A stretch of DNA of 40,935 nt from Chrysochromulina tobinii (lineage: Eukaryota), in the NCBI GenBank assembly GCA_001275005.1, contig JWZX01001827.1, positions 1 through 40,935 on the forward strand, read 5' to 3'. Positions 1 to 10,717 of this stretch are shown here, piece by piece. Both the position numbers and the translations under genes were made by a program. The notes below the pieces were generated by a model. The model made no database searches, was not told where the DNA came from, and saw only the letters and a program-made list of their open reading frames with translations. Numbering within the stretch: position 1 is the first letter of the stretch; each line of letters starts with the position of its first letter.

Positions 1-151
1 GGTGCTACAAGTTGCGAGGAGCTGTGAGAATGAAACTCACAGCTGCTCGAACTTGAGGAGCTGTGAGAAAAAATTTCACAGCTCCTCAACTGGTGGAAAA
101 CACCGTTAACCTTCCGAAACGGTACAAAAGTAACGCGTGACGCGCGTAAAT

Positions 152-2127
152 ATGATACATGGCGAGAGAACGCGGCTCCACCCCGGCACGGTGTGCATCC
201 TTTCGGCTCCGGGCCGCCCCTTCGACGGGGATATGTGCGTCGTTGAAAAGTATGACTCTGCGCGCAGCAAGTGGCAGGTGCGACTGCGCGCGCCGGAACA
301 CAACAGCAAGCAGCTGCTGGTGCCTGAGGCGGTGATGAGGCTCGCCTTCTGCATTTTGCCCTCGTCGATCACCTTGTTGAAGCGGCACGCCGCGCTGCGC
401 GACGATGCCATGCAGGGCTCATGCGGCCGCGGCTTCATCCTCGGCGGCACCGACATCATCGAAAAAGGCACAGTGCTCTACGAAGAGCCTCCACTCTTCA
501 TCACGCCCACGGGCACGCCGAACCAGCACAACGACCGCTGGCGAGCCTACCTTACGATGTCGATGTCGGCCTCCGAGGGCCAGATCGGCATGCCCGAGGC
601 TCTCAAGGCGTTCGACGACCTGGGCATCGCCGACCGCGTCCAAGATTCGGTCACTGCGGCCGCGGCCAACATCGTCAACGACGCCATCCGCTCGGCGGGT
701 GCATCGATGAGCGTCGGGGAGCGCGAGGTGCAGGTGCAGCGCGTGCGCGACGCGCTCATGCGCTTCCAGTCCAACCAGTTCCGGTTCGAGAACAGCGCGG
801 TGCCAGACCAGTCAGCGAACTTCTCCGCCTCGGCCGTCTTCATCCTCACTTCGCGTCTCAACCACGCATGCCAGCCGAACACCTTCGTCGATACGAAGAA
901 GGTGTGAATGCCTCGTGTGATGGCCTCGTGAATGCCACACTGTACGCGCGCTTGAGCGCCGCCCTGAGCGCCGCCCTGAGCGCCGCTGATTGCCTCCCTC
1001 CTCAGGCGTGCATGCTGATTGCCTCCCTCCTCAGGCGCACTTCTTCCCTGGGAGCATCGTCAAGGACGATGGCATCCTAACCGCGAAGGCACTGCGCCCG
1101 ATCGAGCCGGGCGAGCGGCTCACCCTGTGCTATGGGCCCAAGGACCTCCCGTCATGGCCGCTGCAGAGGCGTCGCGAGTATCTGCTCGAGAAGAACGGCT
1201 TCCTCTGCTGCTGTGCGCTGTGCGTCGCCGAGGAGAGGGACGGTCCATCCGTCGTCGTGCGTACGGGCGCCGAGACGGGCGCCGCTGCCTCGGTCACAGA
1301 GGCGCCCGGCACGGCGCCCATCCCGGTTACGGCGCAGACGGTTACGGCGACGCCAACGCTCACGCCAACGCTCGAGGACAAGGAGGAGGCCATCAGACGA
1401 TCCTTTCTGCCCTCCTTTCTCCAGGAGAAGGCCGGCGCCCGGACTGGCGCTGTGGCGGGCGCCTCTGTGGTCGCGAAGGCCACGTCGCGCTCGAAGAGTG
1501 GCTCGAAGAGTACGAGCTCGTCCGAGGGCCGAACGCGCGCCTGATTGCCTCCCTCAGTGCATGCTGATTGCCTCCCTCATCAGGTACGAGCTCGTCCGAG
1601 GCTCGAACGCGCGCCTGATTGCCTCCCTCATTGCATGCTGATTGCCTCCCTCATCAGGTACAAAATCGTCCGAGGCCCGAGCACGCGCCAAGGCCAAACT
1701 CTCCTCTGCAGCCGCCCTCGAGCCAACTGCGGAGGATCTGGCGGCGGAGAGAGCGGCTGCGGCCCTCATCGCTGAGGAGGAGGCGGAGAAGGCAGCTCGT
1801 GCGAAACACACGGCGAGGACGAGCAGGGCTGAGGCCGGCACGGCGGCTGCAGTGGCCAGCGTGCACAAAGTCGTACCTCGAAAGAACGCGATCGCCACTG
1901 GCAGGGCCCCCGACGCTGTAGTGACCAACGGCGCGGAGAAGCGCCAGCCGGAGTGGGCTTCCAATTCCACAGAGCCCTCGCCGCAACGAGCACGCCGCTC
2001 TGAGCGGGAGCCGCCGCCGCTGCGCACTCCGAACGAAGGTCGGGCTGTGCTCGTGGGTGCACTTGTCCTGGGCGCCACCGTGCTGCTCGCAGCGGCGTTC
2101 CTCGCCCGTCGGAGATCGGCACGCTGA
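152..2127 (+). CDS. SMYD-type SET domain methyltransferase with C-terminal hydrophobic anchor; exons 152-901, 1035-1509, 1658-2127
   Basis: SET motifs GRGF, RLNHACQPN and ALRPIEPGERLTLCYG, plus post-SET GFLCCCALC. GT-AG introns 902-1034 (phase 0) and 1510-1657 (phase 1) join ORFs 137-907, 990-1544 and 1642-2127 in frame. C-terminus AVLVGALVLGATVLLAAAFLARRR. Confidence 0.85.
902..1034 (+). other. Spliceosomal intron 1 of SET gene, with a duplicated 3' acceptor module
   Basis: AAG|GTGTGA donor; GCTGATTGCCTCCCTCCTCAG|GCG occurs twice (ending 1005 and 1034); only the second restores frame. Confidence 0.8.
1510..1657 (+). other. Double intron (2 x 74 nt) of SET gene
   Basis: Units 1510-1583 and 1584-1657 each start GTACGAG and end CTCATCAG; removing both restores the frame. 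Confidence 0.8.
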
Positions 2128-2214
2128 GCTCGCCCGTCGGAGATCGGGGCACGCTGAGCTCGCCCGTCGGAGATCGGCACGCAGAGCTCGCCCGTCGGAG
2201 ATCGGCACGCTGAG
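2101..2214. repeat. Four tandem copies of a 28-30 nt unit spanning the SET gene stop codon
   Basis: CTCGCCCGTCGGAGATCGGCACGCTGAG x4 with minor variants. Confidence 0.95.
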
Positions 2215-2585
2215 GCGGTGTGGCGCGTAGAGCGTCCTCCACAGTGCACTGCAGTGAGTGTGCGCGGCGCTCGGGGAAAGTGCTCTGGGTCGCGGGGTCG
2301 TGATTGGGCTCCGCCGCACGTGATCTTGGTCGCGCGAACTCGTGATTGGACGTGTGGACCAACCAGCAACCCCCCCTTCCGTACACTGTAAGTTTGCATG
2401 TCCTCACGTCTAGGGCACGCTGTGCGCGCGAGGAGCTGGCTGCTCGAGCGGCTCGTGTTTCCATGATTATGAAATTTTTGGAAAGTTCATTGACGAATTG
2501 CCATTTGCTGAGGCACGCAAACTTATAAACGCGAGCGCCCCCAAGCCCGTTTTTGTGATTCGAACGCTCATCGCCCAAAACCGAA

Positions 2586-4199
2586 ATGCCCGCTCCGCTG
2601 TCGGAGCGGAACAACTCGTCGCGGCTGAGCGCCATGACGTCCGCGACGGGCACGTCGGCGCTCGAGCAGCTGCAGCAGCGCCTGCGGGATCTTCAGCAGC
2701 AGAGGCAATCGCTCAAGAATCCCGAAGTCGCGGCAAAGCCCCGCCCAGCCTCAGCGCAGCAGATCAGCGCCAAGCGTGTCGTTCCGCCCGGCAAGCCGAA
2801 GACCCCTGGGGTCTTGATGCCGATGACCTCAGGGTTCACGGGCAGCCCCATCCATCACGCTCTTCCACCATCCGGCATGAACGCACCAGCTTCGGACTCG
2901 AAGCTTTTGAGCGCCCGTCCTTCAACGCAGGGCGGGGCTAGGCCGAGCTCAAAGCTGGGACCCCGGGGCAGCTTCGGGCCGGCGTGTGGGACGGTTCCAC
3001 CGCTGTTTGCCATTTCGTCGACGCCGCGGCTCGACATTCGTCCGGACTCGTCGGGCCCCCTTTCGACGGATCGTGAGCGCACGGCTCTTGTGCACCGGCA
3101 GCGCAAGCTCATCCGCGAGGGGTACACTCGGCACGGCCTCCCCGTGCCGACCATCACGGAGGCGACCTCGCTGGAACCGTTGCTGTATCGGTCGGAGAAG
3201 GTGGTTGGCAAGGGTGCGTTTGGCCTCGTGTCCCTCGCTCGTTCGATTGTGACGGGGGAGCTGGTGGCCATGAAGACCATCGATCGCGCGAAGCTGCACT
3301 CGGAGAACCTCAAGAAGGCTGTGGAGCACGAGATCCGCATCCTTAAGAAGATCAAGCACCAAAGCGTGGTCAAGCTGTATGAGGTCTTCGAGACGCCGCG
3401 CTCGATCCACATCATCATGGAGTACGTGGATGGTGGCACCGTCCAGCAGCTTGTGAAGAAGAACAAACGGATTGCCGAGGAGGACGCGGCGATGCTCTTT
3501 GCGCAGCTCGTCGACGCGGTGAGCCACTGCCACGAGCACCACGTGTGCCACCGCGACTTGAAGCTGGAGAACTTCATGCTCGGGCGCAACGGGCGCACGC
3601 TCAAGCTCATCGACTTTGGGCTCAGCGTCGTGTGGAAGCCGGGCCAGAGCCTTTTCAAGAGCTATGGTACGCCGTGCTACATGGCGCCCGAGATCATCAA
3701 GGGGGCCAATTACTCGGGCGCACACGTGGATGTCTGGTCGCTCGGGGTGGCGCTTGCGACGATGCTGACGGGTTCGCTCCCCTTCCAGGGCGCGGGCGAC
3801 ACGGAGCTCAAGAAGCATATCCTGCGAGGGACGTTCCCATGCCCGGAGCACGTGACGGCAGAGGCGCGGGATCTGCTCGCGCGCATGCTCGCGCTCAATC
3901 CAGCTGAGCGCATTTCAATGGAGGCGATCAAGCAGCACCCGTGGCTGCGAGGGGCGGCCGACGCGGCCGCACGCAGCGGCGCGACTTGCCCGGCCCCGCT
4001 GGTGGCGTCGGAAGTGGCTCCGCTGGACGAGGGCATTCTGGCGCAGCTCGAGCAGCTCGGGCTCGAGCGGGGGGAGGTGGAGCGCTCGGTGCGAAGCCGC
4101 GCGTACAACCATAGCTCGGCCTGCTACGAGATGCTGCTCACGGCCTCGCAGGCGGACAAGGGCCGACCCAGTGCACGGGGCGAGAGCTCAGCGCGTTGA
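2586..4199 (+). CDS. CAMK-group Ser/Thr kinase (AMPK/SNF1/MARK-like) with UBA-like domain
   Basis: GKGAFG, VAMK, HRDLKLEN, DFG, GTPCYMAPE, DVWSLGV; C-terminal LDEGILAQLEQLGLERGEVERSVRSRAYNHSSACYEMLL resembles the MARK/AMPK UBA domain. Confidence 0.93.
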   Translation: MPAPLSERNNSSRLSAMTSATGTSALEQLQQRLRDLQQQRQSLKNPEVAAKPRPASAQQISAKRVVPPGKPKTPGVLMPMTSGFTGSPIHHALPPSGMNAPASDSKLLSARPSTQGGARPSSKLGPRGSFGPACGTVPPLFAISSTPRLDIRPDSSGPLSTDRERTALVHRQRKLIREGYTRHGLPVPTITEATSLEPLLYRSEKVVGKGAFGLVSLARSIVTGELVAMKTIDRAKLHSENLKKAVEHEIRILKKIKHQSVVKLYEVFETPRSIHIIMEYVDGGTVQQLVKKNKRIAEEDAAMLFAQLVDAVSHCHEHHVCHRDLKLENFMLGRNGRTLKLIDFGLSVVWKPGQSLFKSYGTPCYMAPEIIKGANYSGAHVDVWSLGVALATMLTGSLPFQGAGDTELKKHILRGTFPCPEHVTAEARDLLARMLALNPAERISMEAIKQHPWLRGAADAAARSGATCPAPLVASEVAPLDEGILAQLEQLGLERGEVERSVRSRAYNHSSACYEMLLTASQADKGRPSARGESSAR

Positions 4200-4628
4200 A
4201 GGGGCAGGGTCTGTGCCACGCGTGCCAGAGTGCTGCTTTAACAGCGCTGCGATCGATTGCGATCGCGGGAGCGAAATGCTTCAAGAGGGGTGGCCGCATT
4301 TGGATTGCCCCCCGCAGCCACGCGCACACTCACACACGCCACTCACACACGCCACTCCTTATTCGAGCCGGCTGCACTTCCGGTCAACGTATACATTCAA
4401 CGTACATTGTATCCGGTCAATGGATGTTCCGGGGTACGGTGGGTCTTTGTGCTTATGTGTGCACACTGTGCGCGTGCCAGTATACAATCTTGACTGTCAC
4501 TGCACTTGTACATTCGAGGTTTCCCAAACTTGAAATGAAACGAGAAGGCGGCCGGCCCGAACAAGGTTTGCACGATTCGGTTTTTGTGAGTGTGTGCTGG
4601 GAGAGGGGCGCGACACAACGGGCCCGCG

Positions 4629-5303
4629 ATGGTCGCGATGGACGCGCTGATCGCAGACCTGGCGGGCACCCACGACGCGACGGCGCCCACGTACGTCTTC
4701 GGCGGCGTCCACTTCGTCCCCTTGACGAGGTCACCGCCCAAGGGAGAACAAGTCCCCGGTACATTGGACGAGGATGGTGATGCCGTCGAGTCCCAGGCGC
4801 CGTGCCTCACGCGCTTCGAGCTCGACGAGGACGCTTCGGCTTCCGAAGGAGACCGCGTTGCGCTCGCCGCAGAGGACGAGGACGAGCTGGAGCCAGAAGA
4901 GGAGGATGAGCTGCTCGCCTCGGTCGACGACGTTCTCCCTGTCTTCGGCGGCTTTTCGACCTCCTTGATGGACGCCTTGCGGGACAATCTCAGGTTGCAA
5001 GAAGAGGAGGATTCGCGGCTGGCCGCGAAGAACGCCGCGCGCGCCAAGCGGGAGGAGGAGGAGTGGGCGATGGAGAAGCGGTTGCGCGAGGCGGATGAGC
5101 GGCGGCTGCAGGAGGAGGAGGAACGTGACTTGGCGGAGGCCGAGGCGCAGGAGGCGGATGAGGCGAGGAGGCGGAGGGCGATGGCAGAAGTGAAGGAGGG
5201 GGGGGGGGAGGAGGGGGAGGATCTCTCCCCGAAGAGCACCATCACCGCATTAGAAGCAGCAGCAGCAGAGGCGGAGGCGGAGGCGGCGGAGGCGGAGGCG
5301 GAA

Positions 5304-5343
<40 letters not shown>

Positions 5344-7016
5344 AGGCGGAGTCGGAGTCGGAGGCGGATGCTGCGGCTTTGGCGCAGGCGGAGGCGGCTG
5401 AGGCAGCGATCCGCGCGGAGGAGGTGCAGCTGCAGGATGAGGATCTCAGGGCATCGAGTGCGCACGCGTTGCGCGCGAGGAGTAACGCAGCACGCGTCGA
5501 GGCTCAGCGCGCGCAGATAGCCGCGCTCGTCGACGCGGAGCGTGGGGCGACGACGTTGGGGATGGCGCTCCAAGAGGCGATCCTTGCAGTGGGGGCGCGT
5601 CGCACGCACCGCGCGGAGGACGAGCCCAAGAGCGACGGCGAGCTCAAGGACGAGATGGTGGAACTGATGAGGAGGAAGAAGGAGTACCTGGGCCAAGCGA
5701 AGCTCAAGGGCGCGGAGCTGGCCGTGGTGCGCAAGGAGATGCAGGCGGCGGATGCGCTGTGGCTGGAGGAGGCGAGGCTTGAGGAGGGGAGGCATCGGCT
5801 GGTGGCCGAGGCGCTCAAACGGCTGCACCAGCGGCCAGACCAATCGTTCACGTTCACAGACCAATCGTCCGCCGTCGACGCGACGCCGGGGATGGATCCA
5901 CGGCTAGCGCGGCTCCTTGGGCTCAGGGACGGCAGCGGCGCGCCGAGAGGGAGGGTGACGGACGAGCTGGATCCGGTGCCGGTGCTGCCGCCGCCCGCGC
6001 CGGCGTCGCAGCGCCCTCTCTCTCAGCAGAGCGCGGCAGCAATGGTGAGGCGAAAGGAGAGCGCCAACCTGGGGAGTACGCGCATGATGGAATCCGACCC
6101 GGTGCCGATCATGCCTCCGCCTCGACCGATCCGAACGCCGAAGAATGCCGCCCCGTTGACGCCCAAGAAGGGGGCGTCGCCGCCGCCGAAGCTCACTTCG
6201 GCCAAAGAAGCCGGTAAGAAGGCTGCCAGCCTCTTTTCGGGTAGCGGGCTCGCCTCGATCTTCGAGGCGGCGGCGCCGTCGGCGGCGCCGACCAAGCTGC
6301 TGACCTCGCCTCGGCTTGCCAAAGCCGCGACCGCTCGGACCGCGCTCGTCTCGGGCGCCGTCTCGGGCGCCGTCTCGAGCGCCGTCTCGGGCGCCGTCTC
6401 GGGCGGCGAGTCCTCGGACGAGGCGGGCGTCGTCGCGGGCGGCCACGTGAAGCCGGCGCTGAAGCTGAAGACCTCGAGCGCGAAGCTCGCGTATGACAAG
6501 CAGTACAATCTCAAGGAGGCGGGCTGGGAGAGGCCGAGTCACATCAAATGGGACCCGTCGACTAAGCAGGTCCTCCGGCGTGCGAAGCAGGCAGCGAAGG
6601 AAAATAGGGGGGGCACGATTGACCTGACACCGCAGGGCAACACGCATCGCGTCGTCTATGGCAAGGCGAGCGATGCGGTCATCAACCGAGTCGCGCCCTC
6701 CAGGCCCGTCCTCGATCTCGAGGACGGTGAGATGCCGCTCCAGGGCCGCGAGTGGCTCGCGAAGCAGATCGAGCTGACGGCGGCCCTGAATCAGGGCTAC
6801 GCATCCAAGAATCCGGTGCAGGATGAGTCCAACGTGACAGACACGCCCGCGGGCTCCTACGTGCCCAAGGCGCGCAAGACCGTACGCGCCAACCAAAAGG
6901 GCAAGGTGTCTGCACGCCAGTTGCGACCTACCGGGCTTGGCGTCGAGGGGCACGTCAAGATCGCCACAGGTCGCCGAATGAAGACGGGCCGCCGGTGTAC
7001 GCGTGTCGACATGTGA
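4629..7016 (+). CDS. Hypothetical low-complexity coiled-coil protein
   Basis: About 795-codon ORF with coding-like codon use, E/A/R-rich helical N-half, poly-Ala, Pro-rich middle and AVSG repeats; no family recognised. Confidence 0.7.
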
Positions 7017-7598
7017 TGACGAAGTGACTCTCTTCTCTCTACCAGTGTGCGCCTGAGCGGTGTGTGGTGTGCGTGCTTCCGATTGATCGATCGATATCCG
7101 CCGCCGCGCGAGCTGTCGCAGCTCTGGCCTCTGCGTGCCACGTACCCGGTGCCGTGCGCCCCCGGGTGGGGCGCGGTCGTGGCTGGGTCGTGGCCGGGGT
7201 GCGGCGTCATGCCGTGCATAAGCAAAATAGCAATGGCGGTGAAGTGGGTTTATATGATGATCCACATATGTTACATGTACACATGATGCGCACATGCTCT
7301 TCAAGTGCCACAATGACCTCAAACCTAGCTCCTCCAGCTGTCACCCACGGCTCGGGACGCGCTCGACACGGCGCGGGTCTTACGAGGACACGAACGTGGC
7401 CCGTCACGACCATGGCCCGACACGCCCCGCGACGGGCACAGAACTGGCGCAGAGCCCGTTCAGAGAGCAAGGTTGCTGTACAGTCTCTGACTCTGCGCAT
7501 CGATTCGGCTGGGCCCCGGACCGTCGGTTCAGGCATCGCCTGCCGATCTGGGATCTGCACACCGCCGCGTCCACCACAGCGGCCGCTGCCGCCGCGAC

Positions 7599-8239
7599 TC
7601 AATCGTCGTCCACGTACTCCTCCTCCATCATCTCCTTGAGCACCACGCGGATCTCCGTGACCTCGTCCCCCCAGAGCGCGTCCTTGGTGAGCGAGCACTC
7701 GACCCGCATCTGCACCATCTCGAGCGCGCCGCGCAGCACCCCGCACAGCATGTTGTTGTAAGCGAGGCTGCCGTACTGCTCGGGCAGCTCGACAAACTCG
7801 GCGAGTGGGTTCTCGGGCAGCTGCAGGCTGAATTCCTTTTCGCTCACGCCGACGACCTCGGCCGTAATCCCGAGGAACATCTTGAACCCCACCTTGGCGA
7901 TCACCTCGGCGGTCTCGCCAAAGTTGCCACAGTTGCCCACCTGCGCCTTTGCAAGGAACTCATCGATCAGCCGCACGCCGATGTTGTAGCCCCTGCCCTA
8001 GCGCGAGCGCGAGCGCGAGTGTGTCAGCGAGCTGCGTGGACGCTTGGCTGATGCGGGGGACAAGGTCGGCGCTCCTCGCAAGCGGCGCGTGCGCACATCT
8101 TCTCGAGCTGCGTGTTGGTCGCATCCACCTCCTCATAGTCCTTGAGCAGCTGCGTGACGATCGCGCCATACGTGAGGGAGAAGAGCTCTGAGTTTATCTT
8201 CTCGACCTTGCTGAAGGCCGCCTCGCCCACTCGGCGCAT
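7599..8239 (-). CDS. BET3: TRAPP complex subunit BET3/TRAPPC3; exons 8239-8097, 7992-7599
   Basis: INSELFSLTYGAIVTQLLKDYE...LEKM|GYNIGVRLIDEFLAK...NPLAEFVELP...YNNMLCGVLRGALEMV; GT-AG intron 8096-7993 restores the conserved LEKMGYNIG. Confidence 0.95.
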
Positions 8240-8466
8240 GGCGATGGCCTCCAAGCGCCCAGCCACAGAAGCGCGAGGAGGCGTCGAGCGGTGTTGCCGT
8301 ACGTACAAGTTCACTATAATATGAATACACGTACACGGTACAAGTTCACACCGACACCGTATGTTCGAAAACGTTCACCTGGGGGGTTCCAGAAGGGCGG
8401 GATTAGAAGGGCGAGAGGCCCATCGCGAGCTTAAAGCTCATGGCAGGAGCGGCGAGAAGCCCTAAC

Positions 8467-8567
8467 TAAACAACAGAACCCGGTACGGAAGCCTATCGAA
8501 TGTGCTCCGGAGGCCAGCAGTGGTTGAAGGGAGTGGGCGGAGACTTGACTTGACTTGACTTGACTTG
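8467..8567. mobile_element. MITE-family copy lacking the left terminus, ending in (GACTT)5
   Basis: Shares TAAACAACAGA...TACGGAAGCCTATCGAATGTGCTCCGG.GCCAGCAG with the copies at 24968 and 30082. Confidence 0.8.
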
Positions 8568-8653
8568 ATGTGACTATCAACACAACGCGGCGCGCGCGCG
8601 CAAACTTGTTGCTCGTCGCCCAAAGCGACGCGGCTTCTAGGGCACTCCCGAGC

Positions 8654-10477
8654 ATGGAGCCACCTATCATTGCGGACGAGGCGCATCTCGTCGCCGCCGA
8701 TCTCCTCGCCCTCGGCGCCTCGCGTGCAGAGGAAGGTGCGAAGGCTCCTGCGCCTACCGCAGCCCCCCAGCAGAGCATTGGATTGGCAGGCCCCGTTGCA
8801 GCACAGATGGCCAGCCTCGAAGCAATGATCGGCACGGTGCCCGCAGGCATGCAGATTGCGTGGCGACCCGTGCTCGTGCCCACGCCCAACCTTGGGCTCG
8901 TGCAGCTCGCGGGAATGCCCGGAATCCCGCAGCTCCCGCAGCTGTCTCCAGCGCGGCAGCACGCTGCTGCAGTCGCATCGCCAGGCGTGGCGGCCTTGGC
9001 CGAGGGGCAAGGCGCGGCAGCGACGAGCGCCGATGCGAATGGCGAGACCAGCGGCGCGGCGGATTTGCTGTCAGCGTATCCGCCAGCGCCCTCGCCGGCG
9101 GTGGCGCAGCCAAGGCTCGCGGCGCCGAATGGTGCCAAGGGCGAGGTCGTGCGCGCAGAATCGAGTGCGGCCCCGCAGGAGCCGGGCGTGGTGGTGCAGC
9201 ACGGGCTGATGGGCGCCGTACTGGGCGCACCTTCGCTGCTGCGCTTGCCTGCAGCTCTGGGGCTGCCCGGCTCGTCATGCCGACGCGGCGCGCACGGCAA
9301 GCAGGGCTGGACCCGCGAAGAGGACCAGCAGATCCTGCAGCACGTGCAGACGACAGGGCCGAAGTGGTCGTCGATCGCGGAGGCGCTGCCCGGGCGCACC
9401 GACGACGCCGTGCGCAACCGATACCTGCGCCTCGTCAAAAAGGCTACGCGCAAGGGCGTTGGTCAAGGTGGGCTCACGCAGGCGTATCTGGCCGACTGCG
9501 CGTCGATAAAGAACGGCGACATGTGGACTGCGGAGGAGGACGCGGCGATCATGGACGGCGTGATGCGCATCGGCCAGAAATGGCAGCAGATCAGCGACAT
9601 GCTCCCCGGCCGCTCGGCGAACGCCGTGCGCAACCGCTACCTGCGCTGCGAGGGTGTCCAGGGTGTCCCGGCCGCCGGTGGTCTCGTGGGGGTGGCTGGG
9701 CAGCAGCAGCCGGGGCTGGACGAGAGCGCCGATGGGACACTCGTGCTGACACCACAGGGCGTCATAAGCGTGAGCGGGCTGCAGGCGGCCAGCTTGAACG
9801 CCATCTTGAACGCCATGCAGACGGCCTGGCAGAACGCCGCCGTGCTCAACGTCGCAGGCCAGCAAGCGCCAGCGGCGGCTCAGCAATCGACCGGGCTCAC
9901 CGCTGTTCAGGCGGCCGGGCTGCAAGCGCTGCAGAAGCAGCAAGCGGCCGGTCTGAACGCGCTGCAGGCCGCCGGGCTGAACGCGCTGCAGCAGGCCGGC
10001 TTGCAAGCGCTGCAGGCGGCCGGCTTGCAATCGCTCCAGGTCGCTGGTCTGAATGCAGTCCAGCAGGCAGGTCTGCAGGCGCTGCAGGCACAGGCAGCCC
10101 TGCAGGTGAGCGGAGGGCTCGGGCTCACTGTGAATGTTAATGGGCTCGGGCTCGCTGGACTCGCCGGGCACGGCACGGCCGGGCTCCACATGGCAGGGCA
10201 GAATGCGCTCGGGTTGAACGCGGTCCAACTGGCGGGACTGCAAGCGCTGCAGGCCCAGGGTCTAGCTCAGATGCTCAGCGGCGCTGCCACGGGCGCTGCC
10301 GCGGGCGCGCCGACTGGACTCGCGTTGGCGCCGCAGCTGCTCGGGCCCACGGCCATCAACGCCGTCGGCGTGTCGGCCCCTCTAAGTCCAACGGCCGTCT
10401 CCGCCGGCGGTCTCGCCTTGTCGCTAGGTATTGCCTCGCCCGCACTGGCCGCTGCCCCTGAGCATCTTGCCACGTGA
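8654..10477 (+). CDS. Two-repeat MYB transcription factor with Q/A/G/L-rich repeat tail
   Basis: WTREEDQQIL...KWSSIAEALPGRTDDAVRNRY and WTAEEDAAIM...KWQQISDMLPGRSANAVRNRY; QAAGLQAL-type repeats follow. Confidence 0.92.
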   Translation: MEPPIIADEAHLVAADLLALGASRAEEGAKAPAPTAAPQQSIGLAGPVAAQMASLEAMIGTVPAGMQIAWRPVLVPTPNLGLVQLAGMPGIPQLPQLSPARQHAAAVASPGVAALAEGQGAAATSADANGETSGAADLLSAYPPAPSPAVAQPRLAAPNGAKGEVVRAESSAAPQEPGVVVQHGLMGAVLGAPSLLRLPAALGLPGSSCRRGAHGKQGWTREEDQQILQHVQTTGPKWSSIAEALPGRTDDAVRNRYLRLVKKATRKGVGQGGLTQAYLADCASIKNGDMWTAEEDAAIMDGVMRIGQKWQQISDMLPGRSANAVRNRYLRCEGVQGVPAAGGLVGVAGQQQPGLDESADGTLVLTPQGVISVSGLQAASLNAILNAMQTAWQNAAVLNVAGQQAPAAAQQSTGLTAVQAAGLQALQKQQAAGLNALQAAGLNALQQAGLQALQAAGLQSLQVAGLNAVQQAGLQALQAQAALQVSGGLGLTVNVNGLGLAGLAGHGTAGLHMAGQNALGLNAVQLAGLQALQAQGLAQMLSGAATGAAAGAPTGLALAPQLLGPTAINAVGVSAPLSPTAVSAGGLALSLGIASPALAAAPEHLAT

Positions 10478-10717
10478 CTGGCCACGTGGCTGGCCTTATC
10501 GGCGCACGGTCAACCACCGTCACTCGAACGGTCTCTGTCCACAGGCAGTAACGGCAGGGCGGGCAGCGGCACGTGTTCAGCACGCAGGCCGTGGAGCGCA
10601 ATCTCATGTGAAGTTCATGGGTCTCGCCGCACTGTAGTCCACGGTAGTACCGTTTACGTGTTGTTTGTATTCATATGAAGTTCGAGACGGGATTTTCCAA
10701 GGAACTTCGCGTGGAAT

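Noticed and set aside
2101..2214. 28-nt repeats as a CRISPR array
   Set aside because: Copies are head-to-tail with no unique spacers, there are no cas genes, and the context is eukaryotic.
5904..7322. 472-aa minus-strand ORF and similar antisense ORFs throughout the window
   Set aside because: Shadows of GC3-rich sense genes.
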